Source: Lytechinus pictus (Eukaryota). Taken from it: DNA of 64,000 bases. Shown here piece after piece: positions 38,982 through 50,077 of the stretch. The notes beneath the pieces were generated by a model that was not told the origin of the DNA, ran no database searches, and was given only the letters and a program-made list of their open reading frames with translations. Made by a program: the position numbers and the translations under genes. The stretch covers positions 23,436,001-23,500,000 of the forward strand of contig NC_087260.1 of NCBI RefSeq assembly GCF_037042905.1, given 5' to 3'. The stretch's first letter is position 1. Each line of letters begins with the position of its first letter.

Positions 38982-40502
38982 CTTTTTTTATGCATTTCTT
39001 CAACCACTGTTAATGATATTCCACAGGTGTAAACAGAGCCTCAAATGAACTCATTCATTCGGTTAGTCAATGACCCCCCCCCCCCCCCCCAACCCCCGCC
39101 CTCATGATTGAAAATGTTATGTAGCCTCTGTTTTGTAATGTAAAACAGTTATCAAGAATAGAGTTTTCTCTCTTGGACATTTCTCTTTGTTTTTCCTTTT
39201 TAATTATTAATTTATGTTAATCATTCATAATAGACTATTGAGAAAATGCAAATCTGTTATTTTTTTATAATCCATTTTAAAGTAGATGGTTGGCCTTTTT
39301 GTAATGAATAATCTTTTTTTTTTTTAATAATATGCTTTTATTTCACCAAGTCATTTGTTTCATATTTTACTATACAGAGTGATGAAAAAGTAGTAAATTT
39401 AAGGTAGGCCTATGGCAGATAAGATTATCAGGGCCAGAAGATTGTCAATTAATTAGAATGATTTTTTTTTCTTCTTTGTATCAGTCTCTTTCCCAATCCA
39501 TGGATACAGTAAGACTGGGTTTATGTTATTGTCAACCATAGCTGGGGGCTTTAGGTATGCATAGCAGAGGTTAATGTATGCACTGACATAGCAATGCATC
39601 TGACCAGTAGCATAGCACACTGCAATCTTCTTTTCATCTTGTGTTTCTTCCCTGTTATGACTGACATAAGTTTAAGTGTTTTAAAACCGAATATTCAAAT
39701 TCAAATTCATTTGCCTATATGATCTACAAGTGATGAACACATTTTAACCATCTTATCCTGTGCCCATTCAAAAGCCAGTTTTGTGTTATGTTATTTCATT
39801 TGAGGTAAAATGCAGTTGTATTGTTATTTTTTCAAGCAAATATAGTGCCAGAAGCATTATTTTTTTTCTTGTTGTCCATGTGACTTTCTTGCTATTTCAT
39901 CAATGCGATAATTTATATCAATCATTAATCTTAAAAGATGCACTTTAAACTTGACACCAGCATGCCTCATCATGGGAAGATGAATTAATTTTGTTTAGGG
40001 TTATGTAGGTCAAAGGACACAGAGGTTAATACACATGAAACATTACCTATTTGTAGTTCTTTTATCATAATATCTTGTACTATTTGCTTCTTGTATTCAA
40101 TGTGCTAACAAGTATTCATTTGGAGAGGAATTTCAAACAAAGGTTACAGAGGTAAATGTATAATGTATATAAAACAATACCAGATAAACATGATTTATCT
40201 TCAAACCCATGTGGATAAGTAGTAATTGCTTGGGGGCAGGCGCAAGTGGTCATTATCTCTTTAGCTATGTGATTATATTGGATTGTATTCAACCACTATG
40301 AAATAGCTGTTTTGTACATATATGTCGTTTTTTCTTCTCTAACCACTTTTAGTTCAAAATTGTTAGGTATTTTCTGTGTATATGTTAAATACAACATGCC
40401 TCCGATAATGAATAAAAAGAAGAAAAAACATCAAGAATTCAGCTAAGGGTCTATCCTATTATTTCTGTATTATAACACTCTAAAAGCAAACCAATCTAAA
40501 TT

Positions 40503-40627
40503 GGAATCAAATGGGGACATATTTGTTTCTATTCTTATTTAGAATAGATTCTATTCATCTTTTTCCTTCAGATTCTCTTCAATTCTGAGAATTTGAATAG
40601 AAACTAATATGTCCCCATTTGATTCCT
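40503..40627. repeat. Inverted repeat between the convergent 3' ends of the two Harbinger genes
   Basis: GGAATCAAATGGGGACATATT.GTTTCTATTC pairs with GAATAGAAAC.AATATGTCCCCATTTGATTCC. Confidence 0.75.
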
Positions 40628-41692
40628 ATTCATATTTGATTAGTTTGTTTAGAAAACACATTAAGTACATGTCAGTGGCAGACACAGAAATCTTGGGGGG
40701 GGGGGGGGGGTACCCCAGGTGTTATAGTTTGTCTTGTTGATGTCCATTTTTTTCTGGGGGGGGGGGGGGCTGGAACATGTATCATTGTCCATTTAACATT
40801 GTAGAATCAAAAGGTAATATTTTTTATTTAAAAAAAATTTAAACAAATTATGAAGTATAAAGATACAGAATTTAAACAAAAAGTTTCATAGTACATGTAC
40901 CAAAAAGGCAATTTAGGTCACTATATTACAACATTATTTTGACTGACATGGGGTGTAATATAGAATTTTGTTGGGCCTGTAAATGCTTAAATATTCCAAG
41001 AGGGACTATTTTTCTGCAAAGCATGTAGTGTTTGGAAAATGTGATGTTTTCCAAAGAGGAGAAATTAATACCCGAGATGCCAAGATATGTTATCTTTCAA
41101 CTCTTGCAAGATGACATATGGCACCTCTATTATTATATTCTCTTAGGATTAAATCACACTTTCCTTGACTCTATAAGCTTTGCAAATACATGTATATATA
41201 AGATAGTCTTTTTTGTTAAAGAGCCGATTTGCTTTGAACGATCAAAATAACATCCATATTTTGTTTGCATTGTTTCGCAAATCCCCATGAAAAGCATGCT
41301 CAGCCAATCATTTGACTGGATCTAGGTAGACAATGTATTAACAGAGGTAAAGGTATAGGGTTAGGTCACACATGCAATCAGGCAAGAAGACTGGAAATAT
41401 ACCAAACAAATTATTTATTATTCAGAGAATAATGAACACGTACATAAAAAGTAAAACATAAAAGTGCAATATTTGCATAATGCATTCACAAAGTGCAATT
41501 TTCTTTACATAGTAACTGAAAAGTTATAAAATATACCACAATTATGTCCTGAGTTTAAATTAGTTGGCACTATCGAAAGGCAGACTTTGGTAACGTTTTA
41601 TTGCCAATATACAGTTTCTTTCTTAATAAATACAAAGAAAAGGGGGGAAAAGTTTTTGAAAAGTACTGCAAATGCAATGATGACAAACAAAA

Positions 41693-42660
41693 ATGTAGAC
41701 ATGTGTGATAAAATAGCAAATAGACTTTGAAACTTTGTGTGAATGCATATGTATATAACCCATCTTATACATGTAATTGCAAGATAACAAGTACTGACAA
41801 AAACAAACAGTTAAAAAATATAATACTTTACACTTTCAAGTTGTGACTCAACTTTCTTTGGCAATATCACATTGGTACAAAATGAGGGTTGGCAGCGTTT
41901 GATATAGATCTTATTTAAGAACAATAAAACATAGTCATTTGAAAGGTATGTATATAATAGAAGATCAAAATAAAAATGGAATGTTTATATATATATACTG
42001 TATATGTACAAAAGTTCACATGTAGAAATGTGTGCTTAAATAGCAAACAGACTTTGTAACTTTGTGTGAATGCATATACCTGTTTTATACATGTACAGAA
42101 ATTGCAAGATAACAAGTACTAACAAAAAGAGCAGTTAAAAAATATAATACTTTACACTTTCAAGTTGTGACTCAACTTTCTTTGGCAATATCAAATTGGT
42201 ACAAAATGAGGGCTGGCAGCATTTGATATAGATCTTATTTAAGAACAATAAAACAGTCATTCGAAAAGGTATGTATATAATAGAAGACAAAATAAAAATG
42301 GAATGTTTATATATACTGTAGATGTACAAAAGTTCACATGTAGAAATGTGTGCTTAAATAGCAAATAGACTTTGTAACTTTGTGTGAATGCATATGTATA
42401 TAACCTGTTTTATACATGTACAGTAATTGCAAGATAACAGGTACTGACAAAAATGAGCAGTAAAAAGATATAATACTTTACACTTTCAAGTTGTGACTCA
42501 ACTTTCTTTGGCAATATCAAATTGGTACAAAATGAGGGTTGGCAGCGGTTGATATAGATCTTATTTAAGAACAACAATAAAACATAGTCCATTCAAAAGT
42601 TATGCATAGAATAGAAGAAAAAATAAAAATGAATGTTTATATACAGATGTACAAAAGTTC
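41693..42660. repeat. Three tandem ~320-bp units in the putative 3'UTR of the Myb-like gene
   Basis: Units start at ~41693, ~42020 and ~42338. Each contains TACTTTACACTTTCAAGTTGTGACTCAACTTTCTTTGGCAATATCA. Confidence 0.9.
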
Positions 42661-43020
42661 CAATAGCAAGTAAATGGTTACTTGATGTAAAAAAGAACTA
42701 CATAAAAACAAAGTTATATGTTTATAAAAATCTATAAGTGCTAAGAACAAAAAGTACTAACATCTACAATTTACATGTAAATTCCCTTGCCCTTGGCAAT
42801 GATTCTGGCAGCACTGAGATGGATGGCTAAGTAAAAACAAGGGTTTCAGCATGGCAAGAGTACAGGTGAATGATATGCAGCAACAAGTACTGAGGAAAGA
42901 AATTGTGATGAACAAAAATCCTGAAAAGTGTCATCTCATATGACAAATACATGTTTACCACCGTGGGAATTCCAAACACACACACTCCTCCACTTGAAGA
43001 ATGCATTATGTTTGTAACAA

Positions 43021-44676
43021 TTACAGTGGAGTGTAATCGTGATTGTAGGGCCAGGAATTTGGAGACCGCTCTGGACCGGACTGGGAGTTGTTTCCCTGTT
43101 GCTGCCACATTGAAGTTGACGACTGCCGCATACCAGCCATTAAGGCCTGAAGCATTTGGAGTTGATGCTGTCTATCACGTTCTTTTTCTTGCTCTCTATG
43201 CTCCCTCTCTTCTCTTCTCCTCCTCTCCTTCTCCTCTAGTTTTTTTTCTTCAGTACGCTGTGCCTTCATTAGGAGCTCACGCTCCCACTCCATTTGGCGC
43301 TGCATGAACCGATCCTCCCTAGCATTGAAGGCATTTGTACTGTCCTCCTCCAGTGTCTTTATCTCCTTGGCTATCAGTCCGAAGGACTCCTGCAGCTTTG
43401 ATTTCTTCCGCTTTTCCCCTGTTATGAAGTAGGTAGTATAAAATACATCGTAAATAAAAAAAAATCAATCAAATGTGATAGCGGTAAGAAAGGTATACAA
43501 TCATTTTATTTCTTTCAACTTGTTACACACATACTTTTCTGTATTTGACATAAGGCATGCAATATCACACTTCTAATAGCTAATACAACAAATCAAGTGA
43601 GAAAACCTTGAGTTGCAAAAAAAAATCATACTGCATGAAAGCAACATCAACGGGATGTAAAAGGCCCCTTTTCTTGAAAATTTGCTGAATCGAATTCAAA
43701 TATCATATGAACTATAAATAAGCAAATGTATGGAAACAATCTGTTTATATTACCAGTTGCCTTACGTCCATTAGCAGATGATGTTGAAGGTCCCTCTAGA
43801 TCCTCCGGTGGAAAATTGCCAACTAAAGAAAATGAGGGATAGAAAAGCGATTACAATAAGTGACTACAATAATAAACATTTCATTTTTATGCATAAAATG
43901 AAGGGGAACTAATTTTTATGTTGTTATGTGTCACTGAAGTAAAAACATTTTAAAACAAAGGCTAACTTTCAATACATTTTTATTTTATTAAATTCAAATC
44001 AGTTCCTTTCATATTACTCAGTATAAAATGATACATCAAGACAATATAATGATACCAATAATGTTTATTTTAAATGCTCACACTGAGAGGGTAAGAGCCA
44101 AAAAGGATTAGTCTTTATAATTACACATGTATATACAAATAAACATGTATATGTGATTACAAATGAAAAAAGGAAGAGGAATCCTTTACCCAATTCTGTT
44201 GGTGCTTCCACATCATTTTCCTCCAGTTCATCATCCGTTATACTTCTATCTTCTTCGGCTCCATCCTCCTCCTCCTCTCTCGGCAGTGAATCAGAGTCCA
44301 CCGAGTCTAGCGACTCAGATTGATCCTCCTCCTCTGGTTGCGACGCCAGAATGGCAACTGGTGCAGTCTCTGGTCTGCCCCCAAAGATCTCCTGCAGTTC
44401 GCTATAGAATTTACATGTAATTCTCCCCCTGCCTGATCGATTGTTATTGTCCTCCGTCTTTCGGAAGGACGCTCTTAGTTGTTTAATTTTCCGCTTGATT
44501 TGGTCCTCTGCCCTTTCGAACCCCCTTTCTTTCATCAATTGGCATATCTTACGAAATACCGTTTTGTTCCTTACTGTGCCATCCATCTGTTCTTGAATGT
44601 TTTTCTCCCGCCAAATATTCAGGAGGCACAGCGTCTCCACATCTTCCCACAGACTCCCTCTCCCTGTTGGTGCCAT
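43021..44676 (-). CDS. Harbinger Myb/SANT-like (trihelix, Myb_DNA-bind_4-like) DNA-binding protein, 3 coding exons, ~317 aa
   Basis: Exons 44676-44190, 43822-43754 and 43418-43021 (GT-AG, phase 1/1, 954 nt). N-terminal WEDVETLCLLNIW...RNKTVFRKI...GFERAEDQIKRKIKQL...CKFYSELQEIFG, then an acidic linker, KRKKSK (NLS-like) and an E/R-rich coiled coil. An acceptor sits just upstream of the ATG (exon starts at 44682); a probable non-coding exon has its donor at 46352. Confidence 0.9.
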
Positions 44677-47600
44677 TTTGATCTAAAATGAGAGAACAAA
44701 TACAAATACAAATTAATAATGGTAACCACAAAGATTACGATGTGGTAAAATTATTATATAAAATTATGTGTAACATCTATTAATCACCTTTTAGGATTTT
44801 TGATCTTGTCAACAACTTCTCTTGTCAGGGGACAGTTGACATGAATATCATCAAAAATTCAAATTTAATGATTCAGATTGATCGACCACCTAGATATATG
44901 AAGGCCCTTCTCCCCCTGCTATGTAACATTTGATGATCGATGGACAAATTATTCCGCTAAAGTTCCATATGTACCCATCACTAAAATTGAATAAAACAAT
45001 TGAAAAATATGGGTATGACTTAGAATGACATAACTAATATAAATAAAGTATACAAAATATGGGAAATCACTTTCTAAAATAACTATCTAGAAATCCATAT
45101 AGTATACAAAATATGGGAAATAATATTCTAAAAATCTATCAAGTCCATCAAGATAAACTCCTACAGCTCGGCAACTAACACGTGGCCAGCCGCTGATCTC
45201 TGAATACCGGTGGAAGAAGAACTTATTCATACTTTATTTACAAGTTTCTTTTGTTATCATATCACGTGTTAATCTGTTAATGTATACAATTTTTAATACA
45301 ATTTGCTTCTAGTGATAATTTTAGAGACGGTTTAATGATCATTTAGAGATGGTAGGCCTAGAGTGTTAATTATAGAGACAGTTAATACTATAATAGTAAG
45401 GTACGCAGAGTCTGTTACAGCTAGGGTTAGGGTTCGCAGACCCCGGCGTCCATCCTAGAGTACGCGGCCTCCTGATGACTTTGGTTGGTTAGGGATAGGA
45501 CTTCGAAGTTAGAGTTGTGTATATTATTGTACTGTAATCTGTATTAACATTGTTTTATGCACTCACCGCTAGAATCTACTTATTTTAGTCTACTTCTTTT
45601 TTGTGGGGATTTTACAGGCAGACACTATTTTATATGTAGATCTAGACCCTACTCATTTGTTTCAATGTCTAGCGACATATTTCATGTCCAATTTCTGACT
45701 ATGTGCGACTCCGACTGAGTGGATTATTGGCATTTGAAATAATTAATGGCAATTGTCTAGTTTCATGTCTCATGGCCTGGCCTGCCCCTGGCCATGCCTT
45801 CAAAATCAAAGTTAAATACTTCATCAAGTTCATGCCTCATGATCATGATGACTTTGTTTGAGGCATAAGATGATGTATTAACTCTGACAGTCTGACTCCG
45901 AGTCTGATGATGATGAGTCATAATTTCATAATCATATGAGAAAAATTATGACGGCTCATGATGTATGGCACTCCTGTCCAGGCTATTGTTTTTAGTCTGT
46001 CTATTAGTATTGATAAATTATCATCGCCAACAAAAAAATAATGATCATTCTTCAGATGGTGCAATCACAGTAGCGATGTATTTAAAAACATCGAAATAAA
46101 CAGGAAATGATCAGACGATCGAAAATCATAATTCCCAAACCCACAGAAATATAGGGATGGGACTGAATTACAAGTCACCATCACTCATCAGTTCTGTTCG
46201 GAGAAAATACCAGGAATAAACGGTTTAAACTTTTAGCCCACCAGTACAGAATATGTCGTGTCTTAGTGCAGGCTGCTGGATATGAGGAAATTAAAATTTA
46301 AAGCAATAAATGATGAAAAACAATGTAATTTTACGCTCGGGGCGAGGCTTACCTATAATATATACTGCATGCCTGGTCCAAATGGCAAAAGCGCGCCCGG
46401 CCGATGCATTGTTGATGATGACAGGTCGCGTCACTTCCGCTTATAAGCCGGCGCCGAGTCCACTTTGGTGTTACACCTACCGATTGCGGGACTGAGTCCG
46501 GACTCGGGCCGGCCTCAAACCACATCCAGAGGTGGACTGAGTCCACCTGGCCTCAGTCCGGCCTCAGTCCGGCTTTTCAAAAAAAGTTGATGTTACACAT
46601 ACGTCGAGCCGCCTCCGGGGCCGGCCTCAGTCCACTTGCAAACGTATGTGTAACAGGGGTCTAAGACCATTTGGTGAGTGGACGAGTTGGCAGTAGACAA
46701 ATTGGCAATTCACAACCATTGGCTTGATGTGAACCAGGGACAGAAATCTTGGAAAAACATGGTTTAATTTTAGGTTAGAACACACACCCATACACTGATA
46801 CAGTATGTATTACCATGCGTTACTTGGGGTGTGTCTACATTTGTCAGATCTGTCAGTGACACTGGGGGGCTTTATTTCTATCTGGAGGTGATGAATATGG
46901 CCATGTTATTGACCTGCAGAAATATTTCTTTAGGGAAAACTTCATAACTGCTTCTTGTTGAGATGTTTGTGGTTCACAATCTCCTACTATTATGGTACTA
47001 TTTTGAAGTACATGTTGGCATTGTGTATGTGTCAGGGATACTTCTAAGGATGTTCTTGAAAGGTTATTGCTCTACTGGGACCAGAGAAAGTCTTCAAAAG
47101 TTATATTTCCTTGCTTGCCCAAAATCACAAAGATACATAAAATGTGGCTATCATAGCCTACATGTATGTGTACAGTGAGGCACATAACTTTGACAACCAT
47201 ATATATGCCTGTATTATGCCTACTATTCCCTGTGTCATTCCTTACTACATTGGATAGGGTCCATGATTTGATCCAGCAGTAGGATTACACTCTTGGATTA
47301 TCTGCACATTCAGGTCTTCTCTGCAGTTTAAAATCACAGTAGGACAATGAAGGGTTATCTGCATCTCTTTTGAAATATCGTTTTGGAATCTGTATTATGA
47401 ATTAAATCAAGTTTTGATTTGTTTGAAAGAGTGACTCGTTGAAGTAAATACAGCTAGAGGACATTCTTCTACTAGAATGGTGAAGGTGATTGGTTTGTCA
47501 GTTCTTGATAATTGCAATAATCTTCAAAAGCTGGATATTTACATTGATCTTGTATCTTAAAGTCTTTATACCTGCCTGTTTTGGATGATTTCATAAATGA

Positions 47601-50012
47601 CAAGGTATTTGATTAAAATCAGCACGTAGAACATTTAGCCCTACACGTACATGTTCAGTTTTGAAGAGTGTTGCAATATATGCCAAACTTTCGAGTCAAT
47701 CAATTTGTTCAAGTATATTTTGAGGAATCTGTGAATCATTTGAATTTGGTTCTGTCTTTTGATTAGTCTGCCAGATGATTGAAACATTGTTTAATCTATA
47801 TCTATAGATATGAAAGTTTACATTAGATGATAGATGTTCAAGTTGACAGGAACTGAGAATAAACTTTTCTTTCAAAATGGGAGGTCAATGACCCCTTATT
47901 ATTATAGCATGGTTCTTCTTAATCCTACATGTAATTCAAATGTAAATTTTTCTACAAAATATTTTCACTGGGCTCAGTTGCCTCAGTATTTCCTGAAAAA
48001 TTAAGTTGGTTCAGTATTTCCGGACATCTTTGTCTTGCTTTGTTCCAGTTGGTAGGGTTATTTTAACAAGCAAACCTAACAAAGAAACAAAAGATTAGGA
48101 ACAATGATTATTATTCAGTTAGATTACTTGGATAATTCTGTTCTAATAACACAAGAGAAAGGGAAGTAATTGTTGTTTGGAAGAATTGATTTGTCATTCA
48201 TTGGAAGGATTTAAAAGCAGAAGACATGTCTATCGATTTTAAGAGACATGTTTATTGATTTTGTAATTGTGCGAAGATATTTCTTGAGAATATAGGTAGT
48301 TAAATGCTTACATCCTCCTGCCATTTTTAGGATCCTGATTCTGTATTCTTTTCAAGAGTTTCTTTTAATTGAAATATACATTTACAGAATTTTGCACCAA
48401 GCAATTTGATAGTTATTGATCAAGAGGCAATTATTTGCCAGGAATGCCATACCAGTACTTAAAGAAGAAAAATGTTAATCAACAGACAAGTGAGAAAGGG
48501 AATTTAAGGGATTTTTTAGACGACTAAGCCTGAACGACTGGATAATATCTGTACTACTACTTATTCTTGAATTTATTGATTTTAGTTTTAAGCATAACTG
48601 AAGTCAAATATTTTTTTCATTTTTAAGAGGAAGTAGATATCTTTTTATTCCTTTTTAAATATTTTTTTAATGAAAATTCAAAAGGCATAGAGTTGATCGA
48701 TCAATAATTCCATTGAATGTGATTTCCAATATACAGCGTACTGTTAGATAAAATCTCACTTTTTATGAATGTTTTTTTAGATGAATGGTAGAATTTCTGC
48801 TGAAGCATGCACCAGTAATTTTAATTCAAGTTGCCATTAGTTAGGGCATGTAAAACATTTCTTGAATAAGGGAGGCATGGTTTTCAGAAGGAAGTTGAAC
48901 TTAAAGAAGAGGGAAGAATATGAGGAGGTAAATGTGTAGGTAATCCATTTTAAGTACAGCAGGAATTTGAAAGAGGGAAAGATGGGAGGGGGTACAGAGG
49001 ACAAGTCTGTATAGTACCATGGACAATTTAAGATGCAGCTCAAAGGGGGTATTAGATCCCTTACCTACCTCTTGCTAGCTACTAGTCTTTTGAGGTCTTT
49101 AGACTTATTATCCGTTTCTAGCAAGTGTTGTGTCAAACTAGTAACAATCGTTCTGGCAATGAGGTTTTCCGGTTTTGTATAATGTCTTTTCATATGGCAA
49201 TTGTGGCCTACGGATATAAAGTTGACCACATGGTGTCTTTTGACTTTTCGATGTCAGCTTCAATATTTCAGCTATTGGATTACACCAACAACAGGGGAGA
49301 AATGGTGGTGGTACTGGTAGGAATTTGAAGGATCAAAATCCGGAACAGAATCATTTTATTTTGCACTTCCACATTGTGTCTATCTAGCTCCTTGAAACAA
49401 AATTGGTATTGTTATTATGATTCTGTCTGAAATTGTTGATGATTAGCAAACTATTGGTTGATAGATATTCTGGACACATATTCACCATTGCATTCATTGA
49501 TCGTTTATTATTTTTAGTCTTGCATATTATGGCATGAATAAGAAGGAGTGTCAATTTATTGTGATCCTACACAAAACTTTCTGAAATGAAGTGAATTTGA
49601 GGATGAGGCAATTGCGATTTGTGGTCATCTGACTTTCAAGTGTTCTGAGCAGGACTAGTGATTCTGTTCTTATTTTATTTTATTCACCCGGACAGATGAG
49701 GAAATTTTGGAAAGCAGCAGTAATTATTTGTATGGATTCATCATATTGTGACATAACTAACTTATATGTTTTTTAAACTAAGTGATCAGCAAGAGTAACA
49801 TCACTGATGAAGAAGAGCTTCAATGTTATTGGCATGATTGCAAAGATTATGCATCTTCAAACATAAGGAGCAGACTCTTACTATCCTCACTCTTGAGGAA
49901 ATGTGATGCAGATCTACACTAGTAACATTCAGCCATGACTTTTTCATCATGATAAAGACTTTTTGAAAGTGTACTTTTGTAAGAAGCAATCAGAGAAAGC
50001 GCATCACTCATC

Positions 50013-50077
50013 ATGGATACGACACGTTACACCTATAACAGCATTGGCCGCACACATGGTTATCCTATTTCAATGCG
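50013..50077 (+). CDS. Putative upstream coding exon of LHFPL6 (MDTTRYTYNSIGRTHGYPISM)
   Basis: ATCATGG start context and a CG|GTAAGT donor in phase 2, which matches the phase needed by acceptor 63255|63256. Confidence 0.5.

Larger units (their letters stand above)
36826..46661. mobile_element. Autonomous PIF/Harbinger DNA transposon (9.8 kb) with transposase and Myb/SANT-like genes
   Basis: TIR GACCCCTGTTACACATGCGT (36826-36845) versus ACGTATGTGTAACAGGGGTC (46642-46661), 19/20 match. A second inverted block GCCGGCCCCGGAGGCGGC lies at 36857-36874 and 46608-46625. Flanks are TTA/TAA. Two uninterrupted convergent genes lie inside. Confidence 0.95.

Noticed and set aside
38982-43020. Third cargo gene inside the Harbinger
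   Set aside because: Only short AT-rich ORFs. ORFs 42951-43307 and 44163-44420 are antisense shadows of the Myb gene.
45422-45434. Telomeric repeat (TAGGGTTAGGGTT)
   Set aside because: Only about two units; not significant.
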